Part shown: positions 37,710 to 46,245 of the stretch, one piece after another
Numbering within the stretch: position 1 is the stretch's first letter
Layout of the letters: every line of letters begins with the position of its first letter
IMG/VR virus record: IMGVR_UViG_3300038701_002786
Span: 15,101 to 79,100 of that record
Origin: a virus
Reading direction: 5' to 3' (one strand)
DNA length: 64,000 bases
Program-made: the position numbers and the translations under genes
Notes under the pieces: model-generated
The model's input: only the letters and a program-made list of their open reading frames with translations
Told to the model about the DNA's origin: nothing
The model's database searches: none

Positions 37710-37884
37710 AGAGGTCACGATAAGTTGGCTTTGGTTTGAAACCAGGGGTTGGCTTTATGGCGGTGAAGTGGGCTCAGGATGAGATCCAAAAGGGATCGAC
37801 GTTACCGAGGTTCAAATGGTGAAGGAGTGGCTCAGGCAGTTGAGATTTTATTTTAAAAAGTAGTGTGTGTGTTTTGGATAAACA

Positions 37885-38310
37885 ATGTGGTTTGAATGTA
37901 CAGATGCGTGGGGGAACCCGCTGAAGTGTGAAACAACTCCAGATAGGGCGGTCTTTCTCCAGTTGTTGTGGGAAGATATTTACGATCAGCGCGTAGGTTT
38001 TGATGATTTTGTCGACCAAGCACTTGGAGATATGAATCCATGGCTGGGTGGTGGAGAGATCAGCGGACTGGAGCGAAGTCATCCAGCCATGGATGTGGTC
38101 ATGGGCATGGTGGAACATAAGTTGATGCGGACTCAGCAACGTTTGGCTGGCCAGGCTATTTATGATGTGACGTTGGCTGATGCTGGTAGACATTTGGGTG
38201 TTAGTCCGCAGCTCGTTCTTCAATACATCAAAAGGGGCAAACTTGATGGGATGAAAACCTATTGGGGATGGCGAGTTTCAGCCAAGGCGTTGGGGACCGA
38301 AAGAAAATAG
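37885..38310 (+). CDS. Excisionase-like HTH (HTH_17-type) protein
   Basis: VTLADAGRHLGVSPQLVLQYIKRGKLDG.K...WRV. Confidence 0.7.
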   Translation: MWFECTDAWGNPLKCETTPDRAVFLQLLWEDIYDQRVGFDDFVDQALGDMNPWLGGGEISGLERSHPAMDVVMGMVEHKLMRTQQRLAGQAIYDVTLADAGRHLGVSPQLVLQYIKRGKLDGMKTYWGWRVSAKALGTERK

Positions 38311-38330
38311 GCCTTTGAACAAAAAACCGC

Positions 38331-38363
38331 TGGCAATGAATGAGTCTTAAATGTAAACTCATT
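38331..38363 (+). promoter_or_regulatory. sigma70-like promoter TGGCAA-17-TAAACT with embedded motif B
   Basis: AATGAGTCT-TAAATGT-AAACTCATT at 38339-38363. Confidence 0.65.
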
Positions 38364-38399
38364 GGCACAACAAATAGGAAAACAGCGAGGATATACAAT

Positions 38400-39290
38400 A
38401 TGTACCGTATCTTAGGTAAGGCTGCCGATCATCAACAGTGGTTGGAGATGAGGCGTAAAGGCATCGGCGGTTCGGATGCTTCAGCTATTTTGGGTTGCAA
38501 TCCGTTTTCTTCGCATCTCCAAGTTTGGCAGGAGAAACGTTCCACAAGTGTCCCTGTACCGCAAGACACTCCGTATACTCGGTTTGGCTCTTTGGCGGAG
38601 GATTATATTTTAGGGCGTTTGAATGAGCGATACGATGAACTCATTGTAGAGGGCGCTTCACTGGGAACTTTGCAAAGCAAAGCACGACCATGGCAATTGG
38701 CCAACGTGGATGGGAAAGTCCATGAGCAACCAATTGGATTGGAGATCAAAACATGTGACCTATCATCTGCCGAGTGGTGGTCTAATGGTGTTCCTGATTA
38801 TTATTACGCCCAGGTGCAGCACTACATGTCAGTGACGGGTTGGCCGGTCTTTCATGTGTGGCTTATGGTTTGCCCAATGAGCCGCGATAGCGCACTCCAG
38901 ATGTTCGATGAGTTTATCTTGCCGAGTGAGTTTATGGCGAAGTTGGTCGAGGTGAGTGAATTGAGGCAGTTTGTTGTAGATCGGCATGACGACTTCATTT
39001 GCCAACTGAATAGAGCGGAACTCAAATTTTGGGAGTCTGTTTCTGGTGGGTTGACGCCACCAACGCCTCCTAAATGCGTAGATATGCGTTCTGATGATGA
39101 ATTCAAGGGATTGGTTTCATTGTTTATGGCATCGCGCAAACAAGAGCGTGCGCATCGTGACGCAAGAAAGTCTCATCAGGACCAAATCATCAGTTCTCTT
39201 GGGGGCGCCACTAAAGCCTACTTGCCAGATGGTCAGTTAAGTGTCCGCGATGGTGATTGGGGCAAATATATCCAGATCTACAAGTATTGA
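38400..39290 (+). CDS. YqaJ-like viral recombinase / lambda-exonuclease family nuclease
   Basis: WLEMRRKGIGGSDA, ANVDG, LEIKT, YYAQVQHYM. Confidence 0.9.
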   Translation: MYRILGKAADHQQWLEMRRKGIGGSDASAILGCNPFSSHLQVWQEKRSTSVPVPQDTPYTRFGSLAEDYILGRLNERYDELIVEGASLGTLQSKARPWQLANVDGKVHEQPIGLEIKTCDLSSAEWWSNGVPDYYYAQVQHYMSVTGWPVFHVWLMVCPMSRDSALQMFDEFILPSEFMAKLVEVSELRQFVVDRHDDFICQLNRAELKFWESVSGGLTPPTPPKCVDMRSDDEFKGLVSLFMASRKQERAHRDARKSHQDQIISSLGGATKAYLPDGQLSVRDGDWGKYIQIYKY

Positions 39291-39319
39291 CCCTAATGAG
39301 TCTTAAATGTAGACTCATT
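39287..39319 (+). promoter_or_regulatory. sigma70-like promoter TTGACC-17-TAGACT with embedded motif B
   Basis: 39295-39319 is the exact reverse complement of 16663-16687. Confidence 0.8.
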
Positions 39320-39321
39320 CA

Positions 39322-39585
39322 GGACTGAAGCTTTTCTTAGAAGAGGGCGATTGAACGCCCGTTTATTACTTCAGGCGGAGGACAGAACCATGTGACTCCT
39401 TGATTGTTCGGAACCGGGCTTGTTCGATGCCCAATGCCATGTGAAAGGCGATTGTATGATTTATCTGAAACCATTTATCGAGGGCCAAACAATGAAGCGA
39501 TAATAACAAATTTGCCGGGTGCCCGGCGCATAACAATTTAGGAGCAAGGCCCACTCGAAATCGAGTGGGCCTTGCTTGTTGTAGT
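39322..39585 (+). ncRNA. Candidate small RNA / leader (promoter-to-terminator unit without a long ORF)
   Basis: Good promoter, several short hairpins and a strong terminal hairpin; no family recognised. Confidence 0.35.
39543..39585 (+). terminator. Probable intrinsic terminator
   Basis: 16-bp stem AGCAAGGCCCACTCGA / TCGAGTGGGCCTTGCT followed by TGTTGTAGTT (imperfect U tract). Confidence 0.7.
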
Positions 39586-39635
39586 TGCGTTTAATTGGTA
39601 TCAATGCATCAAACTATGAGATAACGAGGTGTAAA

Positions 39636-40445
39636 ATGAAACGTATGTGTGTTGTGTTCTTTGTTTTGTTGGGTGCGTGTTCAGCAGGGACTGACTCGCC
39701 TATGCGGGGGCCAGACATCCCTGTGGCTTTGGACATGGTTGATATGTCCTCAGATCAACCATCGAATCCGGTTGACATGTTGGATATGGTGTCTGATGCA
39801 GATAGCGATATACCAGATGTCGATATGGTTCGCTCTGAAGGGTTTGGTGCGATCAGTGGCCAGTGCGATGTTTTGGGCGTAGAACTAACAGCTGCTTCAG
39901 GGGTTTTGCGCGTTAATTCTATAGATTTTGGGGACGACCCGTATGACGATGAGGACAAGGATCTTTTGACGATGGGTGGTCAGGAAATCATCGATGATGG
40001 CAATGCTGGTGGGTCGTCTGTGTTGAGTGAGGTTTTTTCGTTCGAAGTGCTTCAGCGCTGTGAAGGAGCGACACTGTTGAAAACAGAGACAGAGATCGAA
40101 TACAAAATGCAGGGTAAGATTACTGATCTACTGGTGCAAATTGATGGCGTGAAAATTGGCGTGAGTGTGACTCGGGCCGTTAAGTTCCCGCGAGACCAGG
40201 TGACAATGTTCGAATATTCACGCGCGCGTACTTTACTGGAGAAGAAGTTGGGCGATGTCTTGCTCAGCAGTGCCAATGTAGCAATGGGCGACTTATGGTC
40301 AAAGCAGATATTGCACGTATTGGCATACGATCGACAACATGCCGATGTCATCCAGGATGCCTATAATGACATCGGCGTTGACTTGACTGCGGATACCATT
40401 GTTCTGGTAACCATTACTGATGGGCAGGATGAGTTCATCTATTAG
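39636..40445 (+). CDS. Lipoprotein with acidic linker and conserved 'GGSSxxSE...GVSVTRA' domain
   Basis: Signal peptide with lipobox LGAC; D-rich D(M/I)-type linker. Confidence 0.75.
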   Translation: MKRMCVVFFVLLGACSAGTDSPMRGPDIPVALDMVDMSSDQPSNPVDMLDMVSDADSDIPDVDMVRSEGFGAISGQCDVLGVELTAASGVLRVNSIDFGDDPYDDEDKDLLTMGGQEIIDDGNAGGSSVLSEVFSFEVLQRCEGATLLKTETEIEYKMQGKITDLLVQIDGVKIGVSVTRAVKFPRDQVTMFEYSRARTLLEKKLGDVLLSSANVAMGDLWSKQILHVLAYDRQHADVIQDAYNDIGVDLTADTIVLVTITDGQDEFIY

Positions 40446-40450
40446 ATTCA

Positions 40451-42340
40451 TTACCAAAGGACAACTGGTTGGTCTGCCGGTTCGTTTGTTTCGTCGCCCA
40501 AGGCTTCCAGGGTTGAAACTGGGATGCCTAACCCCAAGCCTCCGTAAGAGTTACTGCCCCAGCAGTACACATTGCCATCTTCTACGAGCGCGCATGTTCT
40601 GTAGAACCCAGCTTCAACCTGAACAACTTTTCCCGGCAGCAGCACTGGAAAGGTGGGGTTTCGAGTGCCGGTTGTGTTGCCAAGGCCCAGTGCCCCATTG
40701 AAATTGTTGCCCCAGCAATACACTCGGCCCGCGAGATCGATTGCGCATGTGTGTTGATAGCCCGCTGACACATCTACAGCACCAAATTGGAGCGGTACTT
40801 CAATTGGCGGCATTTCAGCTGGCCCATCACCAATGTCATTGTTGTTTCCAATGCCAAGTTGTCCAAATTCATTTCTTCCCCAACACTGGACTTTGTCATT
40901 GTTGGTGATGATGCATGTATGTTCATATCCTGCATCAATGGTTTTTGCATTGCTGATACTGATTTGGCCCGTGATGGGTTTGTTGGATAAGCCTATATTG
41001 TCTTGGTGGCCCAGGCCGAGTTCGCCAAACTCGTTTCTGCCCCAACACGTAACATCGCCTGAATTGAATAGAACACACGCATGTTCATCGCCGACTGCCA
41101 ATTCTTTGACATTGCTGGCGAGTACGTTGGGTTGTAGCGGATAATCTTCAGCGTTTCTACCTAGGGTCGGGGTATCTTGGTTGAGTCCTAGTTGTCCATA
41201 TTGATTGGAGCCCCAACATGTGACTTGGCCTGTTGTCAAAAGGGCGCACGTAAATAGTTCGCCTTGTTGGACATCTGTTACTGTGGTCGTCAGTTCAACA
41301 GTTTCAAAGACATCGGAGGTTGAGTCTCCAATTGCTTGCTCACCGTTGACGACGCCTGCTTTGGCTAGTGTATTGGCACCCCAACAGACTGCCTTATCAT
41401 CAGGTGTTACTGCACATGTATTGGCTCCTGTAGATTGGCCCATTCTTTTGCCAAAAACTTTAGCGCTCTTGAGCGGTACGCTCGCCGGAGACTCTCCTTG
41501 TGGGGTAGTGTTCAGCAGAGCAAGTTGACCGGAGTTGTTGCTGCCCCAACACCTTAGTTTGGTGTTGTTCAGGCGTGCGCAGATATGATTGAGGCCCATT
41601 GCGATTTCAATGGCAGCCAGCCTCCATCCTGCGACGTATTCAGTGATGTATGCGTCTTGACCAGGATGTTGAGTGATTTGGGCTCGGTATAGACGTTGTT
41701 CCCCATTTGGAAGCGCAGTAATGTCGGTGGTTGAGGTCAATAACTGCCATTGGTTGCCATTGTCTGAATATTCAAATGATATAGCCATATTGGTTTCAAG
41801 GCGCCCTTCAATCACGTCACTGGTCAGCCCAGGTCGGTCGAACGTGTCGATCGCTCGGACCACATATTGGTGTTTTTTTGGCTCGATGACTTGGATGTTA
41901 TCAAGTCCAATTGCAACATGAGCTCTATATTCACCTTTGGACGCCTTAACCGTTGCTGTTTGAATTGTGCCCAGGTTAGCGTTTTGATCTTTGTATATTG
42001 TATCCAAGCCAAGATCGAGCCATGTGCCGTTGAGACAATCAGGAGAAGCGTCTTTGCAAATTTGATACTTAGTTGCCCCAGGAATTCCGCGCCATGTCAG
42101 TTGTATATGGCTTGTTGTGGCCTCAAGCTCAACGACAGGCGCTTGGAGCGTAGATGGCAATGTGTCTGCGTCCACATCCGATGTGATGTCATTGGCGGCG
42201 TCAGATGGCATATCGACGGCATCAATCATGTCGATTCTTACATCCCACTCCTCATTGTAGTTGTTGGGGTTCTCAAACAAAGTGCAGCCAGACACCAGTA
42301 GAAATAAAATACCAATTGTAAAAAGCTTCATATTCACCAC
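40451..42340 (-). CDS. RCC1-repeat (beta-propeller) lipoprotein with FN3-like region
   Basis: Lipobox VSGC; about 7 repeats of H.CA...G...CWG.N..GQLG. Confidence 0.88.
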   Translation of the reverse strand: MVNMKLFTIGILFLLVSGCTLFENPNNYNEEWDVRIDMIDAVDMPSDAANDITSDVDADTLPSTLQAPVVELEATTSHIQLTWRGIPGATKYQICKDASPDCLNGTWLDLGLDTIYKDQNANLGTIQTATVKASKGEYRAHVAIGLDNIQVIEPKKHQYVVRAIDTFDRPGLTSDVIEGRLETNMAISFEYSDNGNQWQLLTSTTDITALPNGEQRLYRAQITQHPGQDAYITEYVAGWRLAAIEIAMGLNHICARLNNTKLRCWGSNNSGQLALLNTTPQGESPASVPLKSAKVFGKRMGQSTGANTCAVTPDDKAVCWGANTLAKAGVVNGEQAIGDSTSDVFETVELTTTVTDVQQGELFTCALLTTGQVTCWGSNQYGQLGLNQDTPTLGRNAEDYPLQPNVLASNVKELAVGDEHACVLFNSGDVTCWGRNEFGELGLGHQDNIGLSNKPITGQISISNAKTIDAGYEHTCIITNNDKVQCWGRNEFGQLGIGNNNDIGDGPAEMPPIEVPLQFGAVDVSAGYQHTCAIDLAGRVYCWGNNFNGALGLGNTTGTRNPTFPVLLPGKVVQVEAGFYRTCALVEDGNVYCWGSNSYGGLGLGIPVSTLEALGDETNEPADQPVVLW

Positions 42341-43116
42341 CTTGTAATGAATTGTAATGATGTAGGGGTAGCACGTATGGCGACTGAGGTTTCTACAGTC
42401 AACAGATCAGCACTCAACAATAAAACACCACCCACGCCGAACAAGATAGTGCCACCAAGGGCTGTTCGACCACGCCACTGAGCGTTATTGAGTAGCGTTG
42501 CATTGCGTTCGAATTCTGTGGATGAGCGAGAGCTATTAGTTTTTTTCAAGTATTGTTCGACCTCGTTGAGTTCTCGATTCAACCAAAACCCACTCAATAC
42601 ACCGAATCCGATAGACACTATGCCAAGATAACCTGTTGTGCTCATGCGAGATTGCATAGTTTTTGGGCCATGGTTGGTGATAGATACATTTTGTCCAGCG
42701 CAGACGCCTTGCGCGTTTTGACACCTGTTGTCGTTGGTTTGGTTTGTGTTACTGGTTACATTGGGTTTTGTGGGCGCAGTGGTTTGGTCCGAGCCTAGGA
42801 GTTGACGGGCTCGTTTTACACGGGCAGCGCGTTCGGGTGATAGTTTAGTTTGATCGACGAGACCACAAACACGGCGTGCGTCGGTATCGCGTTTGGCATC
42901 GATGAGCATCATACACCATGAGTAGGCCACGATAGGGCGAGGCGTTGACTTCCATGTGCGCTCGAACAACACATCAGATGAGTTGTACTGGCCATCGCGA
43001 GCCTTTTGAAGTGCTTGTTCATATGTTGTGTCTTTCGCCACTGCCAAGGATGGCCAGAGCATCATAATGGCGATGAGCCATCGTATGCTTCTGTTTTTGA
43101 TTTTGTATTGTTCCAT
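42334..43116 (-). CDS. Secreted/membrane TPR-like protein
   Basis: Signal peptide (AVA), helical TPR-like N-domain, linker, C-terminal hydrophobic segments. Confidence 0.65.
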   Translation of the reverse strand: MEQYKIKNRSIRWLIAIMMLWPSLAVAKDTTYEQALQKARDGQYNSSDVLFERTWKSTPRPIVAYSWCMMLIDAKRDTDARRVCGLVDQTKLSPERAARVKRARQLLGSDQTTAPTKPNVTSNTNQTNDNRCQNAQGVCAGQNVSITNHGPKTMQSRMSTTGYLGIVSIGFGVLSGFWLNRELNEVEQYLKKTNSSRSSTEFERNATLLNNAQWRGRTALGGTILFGVGGVLLLSADLLTVETSVAIRATPTSLQFITRW

Positions 43117-44318
43117 TTTAACTTGTTTCCCATTTTAAGTTTTGACGAATTTTGTCTTTTTTTAATTTCTATTGCAAATCGAAGAGTGTGAGCGCTAACC
43201 AAGTCGGCGCGGATATTCGCCTGTGAGTTTGGGTCGCCGTTGAAAGTGAGTTGGGAGTTGTTGACGCTCCGTTTGATTGAAATAATGTGTGCGTGTGTTT
43301 TCGATTGATTATAGATTCTTGTTGCTATCGAGCCTGCTGAGATTTTGCCATTCAGGTTGTTAAGATTTGTTTGGTAGTCAGGCTCCTTTGGTTGATTTTG
43401 TTCACGTTCGTGAATCTCCAAAATCATCAATGCAGTGACCCAGCCAACCACAACCACAAAGGCAATTGTCATTGAAGTGCCCCGATGTTGTTTAGGCACC
43501 ACGATCGGCTTTATCTCTGTTGGTTTCTCAAGCGAATTGAGCAATTGCTTTGAGTTGGCTGCTCGTTCAAAGAGAACTTTTTTCAGCATTAAATTAATGG
43601 CGGATTCTAATTGAGGGTCATGGAGATTAACCTCAAGGGATGGTCCATTGTAGAGATTTGACAGAAATCGCTTGGCCACTGAGTTTTTATGCATCTCCAA
43701 TGTGGCGCCTTTGCACAGCCAGTAGCAAACCATGCCCAGGCTATACAAATCTGATTGGTGCGTGAGCTTGGTTGGGTCGATGTGTTCAGGGGATGAGCAG
43801 TCCAAGGTGCCCAGTGTTGTTTCATCGGTCGTCAACGGTTGTTGATTTCGCCCCCAAGAAGAAGAGCCAAAATCAATAAGAACGGGCCGCGTGATGTTGT
43901 TATCGCTGAGCATGATATTGCCGAGGGATATGTCACGGTGCAAAACCCCATGTTCCTTCAAGGACTGGAGCACCCCGAGCATTGATGTCAAAAAAGATTT
44001 CAGTTGAAGTTCTGTAATCACGTTACCGGATTCAAGCCATTCCCATACACTACAGCCTTCAACGTAATTCGTTACAATGTGTAGTTTGTCGTCTTTATGG
44101 ATAACATCCATAAACCGCAGCATTTGTCCGTTGAGACCTTGTAGTTTTGACAACACCTCAATTTCGCGTTTGGCACGAGCCCGTTTCGTTTCGTTTGAAT
44201 TGAAGTCAATTGTTTTTATAGCAACCAGACGACCTTCATCGTCTGATGCTCGCCAGATTTCACCGTTGGCGCCATGACCGATGCTTTCGTGTATCATGTA
44301 TGGACCAAGGCGATTCAT
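43062..44318 (-). CDS. Hanks-type Ser/Thr protein kinase with transmembrane helix
   Basis: IGHGANGEIW, VAIK, HRDISLGN, DFG, GT..SPE, SDLYSLG; TM IAFVVVVGWVTALMIL. Confidence 0.9.
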   Translation of the reverse strand: MNRLGPYMIHESIGHGANGEIWRASDDEGRLVAIKTIDFNSNETKRARAKREIEVLSKLQGLNGQMLRFMDVIHKDDKLHIVTNYVEGCSVWEWLESGNVITELQLKSFLTSMLGVLQSLKEHGVLHRDISLGNIMLSDNNITRPVLIDFGSSSWGRNQQPLTTDETTLGTLDCSSPEHIDPTKLTHQSDLYSLGMVCYWLCKGATLEMHKNSVAKRFLSNLYNGPSLEVNLHDPQLESAINLMLKKVLFERAANSKQLLNSLEKPTEIKPIVVPKQHRGTSMTIAFVVVVGWVTALMILEIHEREQNQPKEPDYQTNLNNLNGKISAGSIATRIYNQSKTHAHIISIKRSVNNSQLTFNGDPNSQANIRADLVSAHTLRFAIEIKKRQNSSKLKMGNKLKWNNTKSKTEAYDGSSPL

Positions 44319-44674
44319 CGCTGCACTCGTCGCCTTGTAATGGGAGCACCTGATTCGGCCATGTAAGATAAGGCTCCACCATAGTACAGAGTAGTGCGCC
44401 TGACTCCGAATAGAGGAGCCAGTTGGTCCAGCAACTTTATGTCGTCGAGTTCGACATAAAAGTGCATGTAGTTATCAAAGATGCTTTCGATCCCTTCTTT
44501 TGTTGAAAAAGGATGCCAGTATTCGTCTTCAACCTTTTGGTTGATGTGAGCAATTACTTCTTTCGAGAACTGTTTAGAGTCGTCACCGAAGTGTTTGCTT
44601 ATGTAGTCATCGAGTTGTTGTTGTTCGTTTGGTGGGACTTTGATTTTAAGGGACGATGAGTATGATTTTCCCAT
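44315..44674 (-). CDS. Putative tandem ribbon-helix-helix DNA-binding protein
   Basis: Two alternating-hydrophobic strand + helix units (SLKIKVPPNEQQQLDDYI; MHFYVELDDIKLLDQLA). Confidence 0.5.
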   Translation of the reverse strand: MGKSYSSSLKIKVPPNEQQQLDDYISKHFGDDSKQFSKEVIAHINQKVEDEYWHPFSTKEGIESIFDNYMHFYVELDDIKLLDQLAPLFGVRRTTLYYGGALSYMAESGAPITRRRVQR

Positions 44675-44738
44675 GATGTGGTCCTTTGAGTTCGATTGTG
44701 CAAGTTGATCTGTTTATGACGGATCGACGCAATATTTG

Positions 44739-44843
44739 CAACAGTTTCTTGGAAAACTTTTCTTGTACAATTTTGACTGGAAAAAGTTTCTTGGAAAAGT
44801 TTTCCAAGAAACTGTTGACTGGAAAACTTTTCTAAACTAGTCT
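44739..44843. promoter_or_regulatory. Operator array (four GGAAAA.TTT(T)C boxes) with rightward promoter TTGACT-17-TAGTCT
   Basis: Perfect 24-bp inverted repeat 44739-44762 / 44794-44817; 29-bp palindrome 44785-44813; -35 at 44815-44820, -10 at 44838-44843. Confidence 0.8.
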
Positions 44844-44870
44844 CCTAATCAATCGCACAGGAGACCGTCA

Positions 44871-45971
44871 ATGAAAGTGACCGCGCAAAATATGTTTGAA
44901 GCGTTAACACGTGTTCAACACGCCATTTTTCACAAAAATGGGCGCGTCCTTTTGTTTGAACAGAATGGGCAAACCTTTGTATTTGCAAGCAATAATGATT
45001 GGAACGCAAAGTGCTTTGCTCAGGTGTTGACCCCTGTACAAGCATACGCCGAAGAGGGGGAGTGTTATGTTGTGCCAGCTGGGGACTTCAGGGCAACTAT
45101 CAAGATGATTGAGGGCGAAGTCGAACTCAGTGGGAACGGGCCGCATGTTGAGGTGAGTCACGGGCAGGGGACTCATTTTCGGTTTTTGGGTCTCGCTGAA
45201 GAAAGCAGACTTTTGGTTGATTCCTCGAAGAGCATGATTCGGGTTGATGAGCCAATTGCTTCTTTGAAGATGGATGGTGAGAACTTCGTTAAGTCATTGA
45301 AGTTGGCATCAGTTCGTGCTCAAGACGCCGATTTTCCTGTGCAAATCCTATCCAAAAATTCAGCCATTCGTTTTTGTGGTTTAACACGACGACAGGTGTC
45401 AATTGTTTACACCACTGGTCAGGTAGACGGTGTCATTCGTATTCCTCAAACATATTTGAGGGCTATTGAATCGTTTGTTGATACAAGCAAACAAGTTTCC
45501 GTGGTGATGTCAGAATCATACGTCAAAATCACACAAGAACAGTCAGTTTTAACGATTGGGGTCGAGGCAGACCCATTCCCTCAAGTTGAACAAGTGCTCA
45601 GCGCTTTGGAGCGCAATTCAGTATCTTGTCTTGTTCGCAAAGTTGAGGCGGTCAGAGCATTGGAACTTATCCGTCAAGGCGTGCCCCCCAAGATACCAGC
45701 GTTCAAAATTGGTTTTGATGGTGAAGAGCTTCGCCTGGTCGCACCGGATTTGAACGGCAGAATTGTGGTTGAAACACCTCTAAGTTGTACCAACCTCATT
45801 GGCAGTGTCCAATGGTCTACGATGAGATTGCAGCAACCTTTTGTTGCTAATGCGCTCAAAAACATACCAACCAGCAACGTTAAGTTGTTGTTTCCAGATA
45901 ATAAATTAGAGCCTTTGATTATTCAATCCGACGATGGGCTTGTTAGTCAGATCGTCGCACCGATGAGATGA
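44871..45971 (+). CDS. Divergent DNA polymerase III beta sliding-clamp-like protein
   Basis: 366 aa; FPQVEQVL resembles the clamp (Y/F)PxYxxVI motif; C-terminal PLII...IVAPMR. Confidence 0.62.
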   Translation: MKVTAQNMFEALTRVQHAIFHKNGRVLLFEQNGQTFVFASNNDWNAKCFAQVLTPVQAYAEEGECYVVPAGDFRATIKMIEGEVELSGNGPHVEVSHGQGTHFRFLGLAEESRLLVDSSKSMIRVDEPIASLKMDGENFVKSLKLASVRAQDADFPVQILSKNSAIRFCGLTRRQVSIVYTTGQVDGVIRIPQTYLRAIESFVDTSKQVSVVMSESYVKITQEQSVLTIGVEADPFPQVEQVLSALERNSVSCLVRKVEAVRALELIRQGVPPKIPAFKIGFDGEELRLVAPDLNGRIVVETPLSCTNLIGSVQWSTMRLQQPFVANALKNIPTSNVKLLFPDNKLEPLIIQSDDGLVSQIVAPMR

Positions 45972-45975
45972 ATTT

Positions 45976-46245
45976 ATGCAGCGTATTGGTACAGGGCGTA
46001 AGCACGCTCGGCGTCAGAAAAACAAAGTCGAACGTGGTACTTTGGTGAAACTCAACAAAAAAGAGTTGCCCCTTAGAAGGGTTCGTTATCAAAACAATGG
46101 AGGGGTGCCCTTGGCGCTCATGCCATCTTTCTCTCGTTGGGAGTTTCTCGTCCATATGCTTGACCATCAGGCGATTTTGCGGCGGCGAAGAATGGATCGT
46201 GAACACAATGGCCTTTGGTCCAAACGGTACGGTAACGTGCGATGA
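45976..46245 (+). CDS. Hypothetical basic protein
   Basis: Packed between co-oriented genes. Confidence 0.45.
   Translation: MQRIGTGRKHARRQKNKVERGTLVKLNKKELPLRRVRYQNNGGVPLALMPSFSRWEFLVHMLDHQAILRRRRMDREHNGLWSKRYGNVR

Noticed and set aside
39320-39375. Hammerhead ribozyme, riboswitch or solitary CRISPR repeat in the candidate small RNA
   Set aside because: CTGAAG is not the CUGAnGA core, no GAAA-UH geometry, no known aptamer consensus, and the 28-mer GTTTATT...AGAAC lacks a convincing hairpin or second copy
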